From Antedon mediterranea (lineage: Eukaryota > Animalia > Echinodermata): a stretch of DNA of 64,000 nucleotides. The notes under the pieces were generated by a model. That model had not been told where the DNA came from. It did no database searches and saw nothing but the letters and a program-made list of their open reading frames with translations. Location: the NCBI RefSeq assembly GCF_964355755.1, contig NC_092672.1:20287237-20351236 (forward strand). Direction: 5' to 3'. The translations under genes and the position numbers were made by a program. How positions within the stretch are numbered: the first letter of the stretch is position 1; each line of letters begins with the position of its first letter. Shown piece after piece: positions 13,261 through 24,146 of the stretch.

Positions 13261-14079
13261 ACTCACATAAAAACAAGATTAAAATGTGTTTACTCACCAG
13301 ATATTGTTTCTCCTATACAGGAGAATGACATGGGTTGAAGTACCAGATTATTCGCTGCCCCTCGTGCATAGAGTGTCTTGATTTGTGTCCAGTTCTATTT
13401 TCAATTCGTAAAAAGTTTTATTAGTATTCTGTTGGATTATTTCCCTGTTATTATTATCTACTAATATATTTTGATAGCCCAGTATTTCATTTTGTTTTTT
13501 TTTCTCTTTTTCTCATTTCATAAATGCAATAAACAAGTCGAAATAATAATACTATGCAAGTTCAATTTACATTTACATAAACATAATTAAAATAATTAAA
13601 AACCATTGATGCAATTAAAATTAAATTTGAATGGCTTCATGATAGCTGTAATAAACTGGAATTACTTCAACTCACATAAAAACAAGATTAAAATGTATTT
13701 ACTCACCAGATATTGTTTCTCCTATACAGGAGAATGACATGGGTTGAAGTAACAGATTATTCGCTGCCCCTCGTGCATAGAGAGTCTTGATTTGTATCCA
13801 GTTCTATTTTCAGTTCGTAAAAAGTTTTAATAGTATTCTGTTGGATTATTTCCCTGTTATTATTATCTACTAATATATTTTGATAGCCCTAATAGTATTT
13901 CATTTTGTTTTTTCTCTTTTTCTCATTTCATAAATGCAATAAACAAGTCGAAATAATAATACTATGCAAGTTCAATTTACATTTACATAAACATAATTAA
14001 AATAATTAAAAACCATTGATGCAATTAAAATTTAATTTGAATGGCTTCATGATAGCTGTAATAAACTGGAATTACTTCA
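13261..14079. repeat. Tandem duplication of about 410 bp covering the ORF 3' end and downstream region
   Basis: 13261-13669 is nearly identical to 13670-14079; both start ACTCACATAAAAACAAG and end ATTACTTCA. Confidence 0.9.
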
Positions 14080-17000
14080 GCCTGTACTGAATCAAGACCT
14101 TTGCTATAGACATGATCAATCAATGTATTGTTTTCAGTTGTAGAACATGTAACATGTTGTTTGTACTCATTCTCTGACATTAAATTATTCACTCTGGAAG
14201 ATTGTTTGAAAAGATTTTCATTAAAATCACCCATTACAATACATTTTGTGCTCATTTTATGTAACTCTTCCAAATGTTTTCTCAAATTTTGACAGAATTG
14301 ATTAATATCATAGCTTGGGGGTCGATAAATTACTGACACGGCAACAGAAATCGGACTTGTTATTAAAAATGAAACTGCTTCTATATCATTATTACATATG
14401 TTTAATCTGCTTGAAGACGTGTTCTTGGCATACACTGCAACGCCACCATGAGCCTGATGTTTTATTTTGGAACTGAGATCATTTGTATTAGAATACGAAT
14501 CATACCTTGCTTGGTGATAACATTTATACGGCTCAATGCGTACGTCAAAAACATCATCATCCTTGTTTAACCATGTTTCAGTTAGACATATGATATTAGA
14601 ATTCATAAACAAATCATTACACTGAAGATCAACAAAATGTTGTTTAAGCCCTTGAATGTTATGTAACATTATTGAAAATCCAGAAGCCGAATCATGACCT
14701 TGTTTATCACATTGTACGTATGAATCCATATTATTTAAGCACTTCTTTATGTTTGGATCACAATAAATCAGACTAGGTTTAAAATTTTCAATAGTAAGCC
14801 CAGTTATTGAAGTAACACGACTGAGGCCTACATATGCTTGTCCAGGCGTAAAAGTATCTTTAAGGCAAACCACTGCTTTATCCATTGTCATTCCTTGCAC
14901 TTTATGAACTGTGCATGCATACGCTAATTTGAGAGGAAATTGTTTTCGACTGTATTTTTTCCCCATAGATTCTTTAAACATTTCAATTGCCTGAATACCA
15001 ATGTCATTATTGTCAAATTTTACTTTAATAGATACTGGTTCGGTGTTATGATCAGGTTTGACTATTTCATCAACATGTCCCATACATCCATTCGTTAAGC
15101 CTTTTTTAACATCTACATTTTTAATCAACATCACTCTGGCATTAATTGCAATCCACAAATAATTTAGTAAACTAGTTTGACGTGAATTCCGAGGTTTGTC
15201 ACAATTTTTGCTCTGTTTCTTGCTATTTACTACACTATCTTCTGCTTTAATGCATACAATGTCTGTACAGATTTTGTGCAACATTTTTTTATTCCATTCA
15301 TCAACTTGTTTGTTGCGTGGGTAAATATGAACAGCATCTTCACATTGTTCACCTGTTTCACGTGATTTTAGAACTAATAAATCGTTATCAGACAAACAAT
15401 CATGTTTTTCTTTTGTACGCAATTTGTTTAACAATAAAGCAAATTCTTTATCTTCTTTTTGCCTCATGATTTGATCTAACTGTACTTGCTTAAAGTTATC
15501 TATCCACAGTGAGCTTTCCAATGTGTCTTTATATAACGAACTGCCCATCACCGGGGGTAACTGATAAAAATCACCAACAGCAATTACTGAAATGTTACCA
15601 AATGGACTATCGTTGCGTACTTGTTTTATTTGCCTTAATCGTCCGTGGATATACCAAAGTAACCTTTGATTTACCATTGATATTTCATCTATAATAACAA
15701 TTTGCAACTGGCCCAATTTATTACGAAGTGCACTTATTTTTTCTTCTCCAAGTGGTTGATACGGAAGTGAAATATTAATCGGGATAGACAAAGCGCTATG
15801 AATTGTTTGGCCTTTAATATTATATGCTGCGATTCCTGTAGGAGCTAATTTTAATATTGACAAATCATCGGGATTTTCCATAATTTTTCCTAGAATACGT
15901 GTCGCTTCATTATAAATACAATTTACCAAATGACTTTTTCCTGTACCAGCGCCTCCAGTTATGAAAGTGTAAAATGCTTCAGTTTTTTTACCATTAACTT
16001 TGTCTAAACACCATTGTCTTGTCTTATAAAATATATGTTGTTGTTTTTCATTTAAAGATCGAATCATTTTGTTCAATTCTGGTTTTGGAATATTAGATGA
16101 ATTAGACTCTACTTTAGATGTTTGATTTTTTTGAATTCCAAAATCTGGAATGAAAAATTCATCTTCTTCATCATCAACCTCTACATTTGGCTTTGGGTTG
16201 TCTAACCTTTCTTTTTCACTTTCTGGACATAATAGGCTCCATGCATCTTCTTGTGGTCCAAATTTTGATAAACATTCCTGAGCTTCTTCAACATCATTAG
16301 CACTTTTTTCATATTGTTCCCTGTTTCCATGAACTATTGACTTTACCGTTTGTAATTGACAGCCACATAATTTCACACATCCTTCCTCATGAAATTGTTC
16401 GTACGTTTCAAAATTTGGAGGTTTTAACTGTTCATCTTTTCGAAATGGTAGAAATAACTGAAGTATACTCAAAAAATATTTCTCAGGTGCTGTATCCATT
16501 GGAAATCGAGGGTATCTTACTATAGCATTACTAGTTCGTGTTCTTTTTTGGATGAATCCCAACTGTTTTTTTAACTGAAATACATTCTTTTTTTGTTTGT
16601 TTCCTTTCATTTCTGATGAACTCAATATTCTATATTCTGAACAAAATTTTGCAAGGCACATTTTATTAAATTCAGAACTATTAGGTCGAGCTTTATATTT
16701 ATCGATCTTATTTGGCAACCATGCACTTACATCATCATCTGCTTTGTTTTTAATTACACTTAGTGGTAAACTCATTCTGACAGGATTAGGTCCTACTGGG
16801 ATAAATTCAACTTTTCTTGAACATTCTTTTAATCTTAAACTACAAACACGATAAATACTTTCTTGTGCAGACACTTCTCGGTTATTCATATAAACATTAC
16901 CAAGTTTTCGCAAACTTTGTCTAGCATCTTCATTACCTTCTTTCACTTCTGATGCCGCATGAGATAAAAGTAAGCCCATTTCCCGTTCAGATTTAGACAT

Positions 17001-18968
17001 ATATCCTATAACGTAAATAATACATGCATATACATTTGTAATATACTGAATATCCATATTAGCATTCCATGCTTTCAATAAAGAAGGATTATATTGATTT
17101 ACCCACACATCTTGATGGTTTCTCTTTATAACAATCTTTTCCTCAGTAGCGACACAATTATTTGCTTTCTCAAATGTACTCTGTGTAATACCTAAACTTT
17201 GAAAAAGTTCTATTGCATTTGTATATGTTTCTTCATTAGTCACAGCATCTTTTACTGAGGTTAATAGCTCCATTGCTTGTTTATTGTCATCATTATCATC
17301 ATTGTCTTTATCCACAATTGTAGGTCTCATAACAAATGTATTTCCAGAAGGTTGTCTGGGGAAGTTAAATCTGCAGTTTGTTCCCTTTTTTTTACATGAT
17401 TTAGAATGTCTTTTACTGTGAATTTGCACACTTTTAACAATTTCATTCATTTCAGGATCTACAGTTTCACATGGCACAGCACAAGAAATATATTTATCGA
17501 CAAAATTAATAACTTCTTTATCTTTATCTGTACCAAAAATAGGAGCATTTTCAACCCATACTAACATATGAACATGTGGACTTCCTCTCATTTGAAATTC
17601 AATTCGGTAAAAATAATCTACGACTTTACCAATAGGCTGTGCTTCAGACAAAATTACATTTTTCAAAAAAGTATGAAAACGTTTGTCAAACATTCTGGCA
17701 ACAGTCACTGGATTTGATTTCAACAAATTACATTTATCTGCCCATTCCAATTCATCAATGTTTCTTTGGTCTCCTGACTGACTTAACAATGTCGTCATTA
17801 TTTCTTTCCAACGGAAATCTGCACTTGAGAATGAAAGAAAGAATGTTGGCTTTCCAATCTGTCTAACCATTGCTATTACATCTTTTTGTGTAGCTTGCCA
17901 GTACGGTGGAGTACCACGAATTTGTTTTAAAAATTTATAACCCCTATCAGATTTTAAAATCTCCTCAATTTTGGTAACATTTTTTAAATCGGATACAGTA
18001 ACTTTACTAAAATCATCCTTTTTACTTGATCCTTTTCGCAATGCAATGGAAATACTTGATAAAATTTGTTGAAGTTCATATAAAGATTGAGCATAAAATA
18101 TGAATTCTGTATTTTGTGCAAACCTGTTATCTATATGCATTAATCTATTGTGAAAATAACGTCCAAGTGTTATTTTAACATCTCTCGTATCATGGAATGT
18201 TGGTTGGCCTGTTGGAAATAACACTGGAAATGATTTTGCTTCATTGCTTTTATTACTTAATAATGCAATAGGGCTATTATTTTCACACGGTGCACAACAA
18301 ATTATGTCATTAAAATATTCATCAACCACATTTTGTCGCCTGTCAACAGGTTGAAGACTTGTATCAAAAGTAGCACCACATAACCGGTCTTCTACGTCTT
18401 CTTCATTGTTTTCTACACATGTTTGATTTTCATCTACATCAGCAGTTTCACTTTCGATGTTTTCATCAGATAAGTAATTGTGCCATTCTTCATTAATAGC
18501 TATGTCAAAATAGCACTTGTTATGATCTTGTAGATATCTAAGAGCTTGAATAACATTGGCAGTGTTAACAAATTTATATTTGTAATAACCTTTGTAAGAC
18601 AACTTTCGCTTCAATTTTACAGATATTAATTGATCATCAACTTGTGGTCTAGGCAGCATTTTTACAGTTTCAATAGTATTTGAAGGTACACATACGACTG
18701 GTCCATGTATTCCATGCTGTCCACCTTTTGGTAAATTCATTAATTTCATAAAAGGAATGTTTAATCCAATCAAATGCTGCTCTAAATTATTTAAACACCT
18801 GAGCTCAGGAGGAATATCGTCTAGTTGTAAATTGTTTGAATTGGCTTCTGCAGGGATTTTACCGTTTAACAATTTTCTGTGGCATGTGAAACAAATCCAT
18901 AAACGACATCTTGGTGATTCGGTCAACAATTGACAAGGTGTATTACATTCATTGTTGCAAACATGCAA
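14025..18968 (-). CDS. C-terminal part (1647 aa) of the Helentron polyprotein: HUH Rep, PIF1 helicase, AP-like endonuclease (the TTG start is not a real start)
   Basis: RGSPHVHMLVW, YVIGYMSK, GGAGTGKS, IIDEISMV, TVHKVQGMT, CLTETW, GDFNE, IDHVY. Confidence 0.8.
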   Translation of the reverse strand: MHVCNNECNTPCQLLTESPRCRLWICFTCHRKLLNGKIPAEANSNNLQLDDIPPELRCLNNLEQHLIGLNIPFMKLMNLPKGGQHGIHGPVVCVPSNTIETVKMLPRPQVDDQLISVKLKRKLSYKGYYKYKFVNTANVIQALRYLQDHNKCYFDIAINEEWHNYLSDENIESETADVDENQTCVENNEEDVEDRLCGATFDTSLQPVDRRQNVVDEYFNDIICCAPCENNSPIALLSNKSNEAKSFPVLFPTGQPTFHDTRDVKITLGRYFHNRLMHIDNRFAQNTEFIFYAQSLYELQQILSSISIALRKGSSKKDDFSKVTVSDLKNVTKIEEILKSDRGYKFLKQIRGTPPYWQATQKDVIAMVRQIGKPTFFLSFSSADFRWKEIMTTLLSQSGDQRNIDELEWADKCNLLKSNPVTVARMFDKRFHTFLKNVILSEAQPIGKVVDYFYRIEFQMRGSPHVHMLVWVENAPIFGTDKDKEVINFVDKYISCAVPCETVDPEMNEIVKSVQIHSKRHSKSCKKKGTNCRFNFPRQPSGNTFVMRPTIVDKDNDDNDDNKQAMELLTSVKDAVTNEETYTNAIELFQSLGITQSTFEKANNCVATEEKIVIKRNHQDVWVNQYNPSLLKAWNANMDIQYITNVYACIIYVIGYMSKSEREMGLLLSHAASEVKEGNEDARQSLRKLGNVYMNNREVSAQESIYRVCSLRLKECSRKVEFIPVGPNPVRMSLPLSVIKNKADDDVSAWLPNKIDKYKARPNSSEFNKMCLAKFCSEYRILSSSEMKGNKQKKNVFQLKKQLGFIQKRTRTSNAIVRYPRFPMDTAPEKYFLSILQLFLPFRKDEQLKPPNFETYEQFHEEGCVKLCGCQLQTVKSIVHGNREQYEKSANDVEEAQECLSKFGPQEDAWSLLCPESEKERLDNPKPNVEVDDEEDEFFIPDFGIQKNQTSKVESNSSNIPKPELNKMIRSLNEKQQHIFYKTRQWCLDKVNGKKTEAFYTFITGGAGTGKSHLVNCIYNEATRILGKIMENPDDLSILKLAPTGIAAYNIKGQTIHSALSIPINISLPYQPLGEEKISALRNKLGQLQIVIIDEISMVNQRLLWYIHGRLRQIKQVRNDSPFGNISVIAVGDFYQLPPVMGSSLYKDTLESSLWIDNFKQVQLDQIMRQKEDKEFALLLNKLRTKEKHDCLSDNDLLVLKSRETGEQCEDAVHIYPRNKQVDEWNKKMLHKICTDIVCIKAEDSVVNSKKQSKNCDKPRNSRQTSLLNYLWIAINARVMLIKNVDVKKGLTNGCMGHVDEIVKPDHNTEPVSIKVKFDNNDIGIQAIEMFKESMGKKYSRKQFPLKLAYACTVHKVQGMTMDKAVVCLKDTFTPGQAYVGLSRVTSITGLTIENFKPSLIYCDPNIKKCLNNMDSYVQCDKQGHDSASGFSIMLHNIQGLKQHFVDLQCNDLFMNSNIICLTETWLNKDDDVFDVRIEPYKCYHQARYDSYSNTNDLSSKIKHQAHGGVAVYAKNTSSSRLNICNNDIEAVSFLITSPISVAVSVIYRPPSYDINQFCQNLRKHLEELHKMSTKCIVMGDFNENLFKQSSRVNNLMSENEYKQHVTCSTTENNTLIDHVYSKGLDSVQAEVIPVYYSYHEAIQIKF

Positions 18969-18983
18969 ATACTTTTCATTTAT

Positions 18984-21900
18984 TCAAGTCTTATTTTTGT
19001 ACTTAGATTTGTTGCACTTTATAACTTGATCTTTGAATAACGTTTTAAAGCAAACACAACAAACATATTCAGGGCCACGAGAAACTGTTTCTCTGAAGTT
19101 TTCTAAAACAAACTCAAAATTAGTGTTTTCTGTTTTGATTTTTTCCCGATTCTTCATGTTTTTCTTGATGATTTTTTTCCGGAACCCTTCATCACCATGA
19201 TACTTTTCTGAAAATCTTTGCTTACATCTTTGACGAAATTTTGAATTACCTCGATATTTCTCTGCCAATTTCTGCTTACAGTTTTGTCTAAATTTCAAAT
19301 TACTCCAATACTTTTCTGCCAATTTGTTTTTCCTTTTTTGTCTAAATTTCAAATTACTTCGATACTTTTCAAAAAAATTTTCTTTACAGTTTTGTCGAAA
19401 CTTCAAATTATTCCGATACTTCTCTGTCAATTTTTGGATAATGTTTTCTCTAAACTGTGAATTATTACAATACTTCTCTACTGACTTTTGCTTCAAATTT
19501 TGTCGAAATTTTGGATCATTGTGATACCTTTCCTTATTTCTTTGTTTATTATTTTGTATAGATTTATGTCTAAAGATTGTATCATTGTTGTATCTATTCT
19601 TCATTGTTTCTTTTTTGGTTGTTCGGTAATCCAAATCAATGCTGTAGTTATGTTTAGCTTTATTTCGTACCTTAACATTATATTCAGGTTCACATCTATA
19701 CATTTTGTATTGTCTTTCTCTGTTTTCTTTACTTTTTTTGAATTTATAATCATCATCACCATATCTTATTTTTTGTGCCTCTTTTACCTTGCGTTTCTTT
19801 TCCTCTCTATATACAGAATCACTTTGATATTTGTTTCCGATTTTATTTGTTTTGTCTGAATTATTTTTTTCTTCTCCTTCCCGTTTAATTCTCTGTCGAT
19901 TCTTTGCTCTTTCTTTTCTAATTCTATAAGATTGTTTTCGTTTTCCGCTCAATATTTTTACTTTGCTTTCTGAACAAGTTCTTTCACCAGTTTTACTCTG
20001 TTTGTGTTTTGGTTCTATATCTTCAAATGTGTCACAAGTTTCTTTTCCAGTTTGCTTTCGTTTCTTCGTTGTGACATTCATATCAACTTGTCCTGTTGTT
20101 TCCTGAAAATTATTTTGACTGACATTAACAGATTCCACTACATTAAAATGCACATTCATGGTGTACAAAATATATATACCATTATTAGTTGTAACATCAT
20201 CTATTCTTCCCGGCTTTTTAGCAGAAAACAATTGCCACGTCAAAAGTTGATCATTAAATGAATAAATATCTGTATTAAGCAAGTTTGCCATTGCACTTAT
20301 TTCAGTATTGGATGCCCACGTTCCATTATCCATTACTCTTTTTTTAAACACATATTCCTTAACTGATCTATATTCATGACTAAATGTATTAATAAACAAG
20401 TCACCAGTCTCCAATAAATGATTAGTAATTGCTCTTCTTAAAAGAAAATGATTATCTTCAGTACCAGAAATAATGTATGAAATTGCACGATAAAAACAAT
20501 TACCATCACCTGTAATATTCGTAATTTGAAGAGGATGTCCAATCTGACTAGCTCTGTTAATACCACAATTCATATCGAAATGTTCACAATGAATGCCTAC
20601 TTCATTACACATGTTTTTCTTTTGTGCTTCTGAGATAGGAATAAATTTAAAATTCTTGTCAGGTCTTTCTCCATACTGAACATTAACAATTTCAATATCA
20701 CTATCACTTTGCAATCCATTACTTGATGAGACATGACCTTCTTTATTATGTTTTTTGCCTTTAACGTTAGAATCAATATTCTTGTCTGGTAATCTTGTAC
20801 TACATTTATACTGATAAGACGTACTAGGTTCATCAACGTCGACGTTTCCCAAGTTTCTTTGTTCACAATTATCATCGAGCACAGAAGCGGAACATAACAT
20901 CATAGACTTATTTTCAATATTTACACCAGTCAGTTCAAACTCGGTTTCATGTATATTACAGTTCATTGACCTTGCTAAGCTTATACAATAATCGTACACA
21001 CCTTGCCAAGATGGACTGTAAAGTAAAATACTCTTTCCATGTTCACTAACACAACCAAATCGATCTCTTGCATGTGGATCAAATATAAGAAATCCATTTA
21101 CACGTTTGATAATAGAAAATGTGCTTCTGTTGAAATTCATAAAAAATGCATCATGTTGATGTAATTCTTGTTCAAGAGCTTGGTTTAATGACAAGGCTCC
21201 ATATTCAGCCATAAATTCGAGATTTCCATCTATTATGCCAAAAACTGATTCTTTGGGAGATATTACAAATGTGTTATCCAAGATATCCAATTCTTTCGGC
21301 AGTTCAGAAATCATTAAAAGGTCCTCGTGCATAGTGGAATCTTTCTGAATGTAACGGTACAACTCGTTTCCAAGAGTCAATATTGTATCAAGGTCTTTGG
21401 TGTAAAATTCATTTCCATTCCTCTTTGTAGAATAAAGAATAGCTACAAGACTATTTGCAACACACTGTTTACCACTTGCAAAGCCAAATCTATAATTCCC
21501 TTGATTAAAATTACCCTGTGCTACAGTTATATTTTCATTACTATAATATACTTGTAATTCATTTATTGATTGTGTTTTCTGCCTTTTTCGTGTATTTTTT
21601 TGTTTTGGTACATCATCGATTATCAATTCTTCCGAAAAATAATTTTTTGTTAAAACTTCAATATCCACATCGATTGTATGTTGGTCACATTTAGGTTTAG
21701 TATGGGACCTAATTTTTTCATTCACTGCTTTTTTGCATCCGTCATCAATTATCAATACTTCATTTTCCTCAAATTCACAACTTGCATTTTTATGATCTGT
21801 ACCATTACTATCAATTATTCTACTTCTGTCATTCATTTTGCTATTATTTTGTGCTTTCGCATCGTCAGTCGCTGTGTTGTCGTTTTCTACAGTACATTCC

Positions 21901-23123
21901 ATTTTAAAATCCTCGTCAGTTTTCGTTTCAGAATTGTCATTATTACCCATGTTCTTTATATCGTTCATAGTATCGCAATCATTCTTTAAATTCACATTAC
22001 CTTGTGCTTTTTTGTTATCAATCTTCTTAGTTTTGACAAAACGACCCTTGTTATTTCGTAAACGTTTCGAACCACCACCTGATTGTTGTTGTATTCCGTT
22101 TGTTACTTTGGTATTTTTCAAAACATCACACATAGGCCTACCACTGTCGTCAATTATTGTTTGTGAATTTCCCAATACATTCGTTTTAGCATTTTCCTTG
22201 TTGTATTCTCTGTAAGTATTTGTATTCATATTCCATTCCATTTTGTTATTATTTCGTCTTTCATAGAAATCTTTTACACCTTTGCCAATATATTTTACAC
22301 CTGGTTCTATACTTATACCATTTATAACGCGCTTTCTCCTTTTCTTATTTCCTCTATTTTTACATCTTTTTTTTCTGTTGTCGGTTCTTTTCTTTGATTT
22401 TACCCTTATCCAATCACTACCAAGTAAATCTTCACTTCCTGTTTGTTGACATTTTTTTAATTTGGCATTATTACATTTTTCCTTATTTTTCGTTAAGTCT
22501 GCAGTGACAGATTCATCAGGTTCTAGAATCGTATATCTATTGAAATGACAGGGAATACCTATTTCACCCAATATGTTATCAACAAAATTACTATACCCAC
22601 ACATTGAACAAACCCAAATTACTCTGGAATCACATAGTTTGTCTTCAAAAACATCTCTTACACATTTCACATGAAAATATTGACTACAACAGTCACATGT
22701 TATGCAATTGTCGTCTGCTTTCACTTCAATACTACACAAATCGCATGTATCATCAAACTCTGAAGCGACCTCTGTACCATAAGATAATATGTTTATGATA
22801 TCATCAATTATTTCTTTAAATTCCGTTGTATCTTTGATAACTTCACAATCGACATTACATGTATCATCATTTTCCAGTTTTATAGTGCTCATGTCTTTGA
22901 CATTCTTAGATAAGCAACATTGGTCAAGTAGGTCCAAGATTTCATCAATGACTGTTTCAAATTCTGTTGTATCTATAATACCACTATCAACATTACCAGC
23001 TGTATTGACATTATTGTACTCTTTATTTGTATTTTCTTTATTATTCTTAAAAAAGCACCATAACATTAAGAAGAACATTAAAAACAACATACCAATAATA
23101 AAGGTTATTAATAGTGTATCCAT
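18984..23123 (-). CDS. N-terminal part (1379 aa) of the Helentron polyprotein: TM-like helix, PHD, C76-like protease, OTU, basic 15-aa repeats
   Basis: ORF track; motifs CDLC..CDCC..FHVKC..WVCSMC, GKQCVANS..FDPH, GDGNCFYRAIS, repeated EKYRNNLKFRQ. Confidence 0.8.
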   Translation of the reverse strand: MDTLLITFIIGMLFLMFFLMLWCFFKNNKENTNKEYNNVNTAGNVDSGIIDTTEFETVIDEILDLLDQCCLSKNVKDMSTIKLENDDTCNVDCEVIKDTTEFKEIIDDIINILSYGTEVASEFDDTCDLCSIEVKADDNCITCDCCSQYFHVKCVRDVFEDKLCDSRVIWVCSMCGYSNFVDNILGEIGIPCHFNRYTILEPDESVTADLTKNKEKCNNAKLKKCQQTGSEDLLGSDWIRVKSKKRTDNRKKRCKNRGNKKRRKRVINGISIEPGVKYIGKGVKDFYERRNNNKMEWNMNTNTYREYNKENAKTNVLGNSQTIIDDSGRPMCDVLKNTKVTNGIQQQSGGGSKRLRNNKGRFVKTKKIDNKKAQGNVNLKNDCDTMNDIKNMGNNDNSETKTDEDFKMECTVENDNTATDDAKAQNNSKMNDRSRIIDSNGTDHKNASCEFEENEVLIIDDGCKKAVNEKIRSHTKPKCDQHTIDVDIEVLTKNYFSEELIIDDVPKQKNTRKRQKTQSINELQVYYSNENITVAQGNFNQGNYRFGFASGKQCVANSLVAILYSTKRNGNEFYTKDLDTILTLGNELYRYIQKDSTMHEDLLMISELPKELDILDNTFVISPKESVFGIIDGNLEFMAEYGALSLNQALEQELHQHDAFFMNFNRSTFSIIKRVNGFLIFDPHARDRFGCVSEHGKSILLYSPSWQGVYDYCISLARSMNCNIHETEFELTGVNIENKSMMLCSASVLDDNCEQRNLGNVDVDEPSTSYQYKCSTRLPDKNIDSNVKGKKHNKEGHVSSSNGLQSDSDIEIVNVQYGERPDKNFKFIPISEAQKKNMCNEVGIHCEHFDMNCGINRASQIGHPLQITNITGDGNCFYRAISYIISGTEDNHFLLRRAITNHLLETGDLFINTFSHEYRSVKEYVFKKRVMDNGTWASNTEISAMANLLNTDIYSFNDQLLTWQLFSAKKPGRIDDVTTNNGIYILYTMNVHFNVVESVNVSQNNFQETTGQVDMNVTTKKRKQTGKETCDTFEDIEPKHKQSKTGERTCSESKVKILSGKRKQSYRIRKERAKNRQRIKREGEEKNNSDKTNKIGNKYQSDSVYREEKKRKVKEAQKIRYGDDDYKFKKSKENRERQYKMYRCEPEYNVKVRNKAKHNYSIDLDYRTTKKETMKNRYNNDTIFRHKSIQNNKQRNKERYHNDPKFRQNLKQKSVEKYCNNSQFRENIIQKLTEKYRNNLKFRQNCKENFFEKYRSNLKFRQKRKNKLAEKYWSNLKFRQNCKQKLAEKYRGNSKFRQRCKQRFSEKYHGDEGFRKKIIKKNMKNREKIKTENTNFEFVLENFRETVSRGPEYVCCVCFKTLFKDQVIKCNKSKYKNKT

Positions 23124-23324
23124 TATGTATGGTTAATCAAATCCAGAAATTGTTTTCAAATTCTATACAATTGATGTATTCTACTTCGTAATTACTTTAT
23201 ACAAATATGTTTTTTTTCCTGCTAAACTTATATTTATCTTTCCAAATTGTGTTTCGAGACAACTAATGTTTATATTCACTACGCCTAACTTTTTTGGTTC
23301 TGCAAAAGCCTTGATAAAGTTTCT

Positions 23325-23373
23325 ATAGATAATAGAAAGATAGATAGATTTAGATAGATAGATAGATAATAGA
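23325..23373. repeat. Imperfect (TAGA)n microsatellite
   Basis: TAGATAATAGAAAGATAGATAGATTTAGATAGATAGATAGATAATAGA. Confidence 0.75.
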
Positions 23374-24146
23374 CTGCTGTCTATAAAAAGATTTGAGATT
23401 TCGTTTTATTCATCCAGTGGAGATTTTGCTTAAAATAATTCATCCAGTGGAGATTTTGCTTTAAATTTGCTTTCGTTGTTGCTGATATGGAATACTTATA
23501 ATCGGTTAATCCTCGTTGGTACTCTCTTTCGGAGAGCAGGATCTCTTTCGGAGATCCGGGTCTCTTCTGAGACCCAGCGGATTAATTCTTCAAAACTCTG
23601 CAATAAAAGAGAAAGATAAATTATTAATAATGTTATATATTTTTTCTACCCCATGACTTATAAGAGAAAATTCTTGCATAGTATTAGTAAGCATGCTCAA
23701 GCAGCATAATTGTAATACGCATGATATAATCATTCACTTCACAATCTTTGTGCGATTTAATCGCTTAATTAAACTCATTAGTAGTTAGAAATGATAGATC
23801 AAAGAAACATACTATGTTGTGAGTCATAACTTGAAAATAATGTAGTCCAAACTATATGATTCTAGTTGGTATCTTTTACATAACCCAATTTTTTTTATAG
23901 GTTAAAATAAACTACAAAAACTAATGTATTTTTTTTAATAAAGCCCTGTCATAGGTATCATGTAAAATTAATAATGATTAATTGGCAGCACACTCATAAT
24001 ACACAAAATAGTGTATAACACATTTCATGGTAGCTGTAGTAGATTTTACCGATTTTAAATGATGTAAACTTTATTTTGCATTTTTAACAATTTGTAATGT
24101 ATTTGTTTTATCACATCTTGATATTAACTGTATCAAGGGGTGTAAT

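Larger units (their letters stand above)
14025..23123 (-). pseudogene. Second Helentron RepHel-endonuclease polyprotein, interrupted by one in-frame TGA at 18984-18986
   Basis: ORFs 18984..23123 and 14025..18968 are in the same frame and colinear with the 3021-aa ORF. The minus strand reads AAG ACT TGA ATA AAT GAA AAG TAT TTG CAT where the intact copy has AGG ACA TGT ATA AAT GAA AAG TAT TTG CAT (Cys to stop). Confidence 0.9.

Noticed and set aside
18984-18986. Selenocysteine recoding of the in-frame TGA
   Set aside because: No SECIS could be identified by eye and the paralogue has Cys; a nonsense mutation is simpler.
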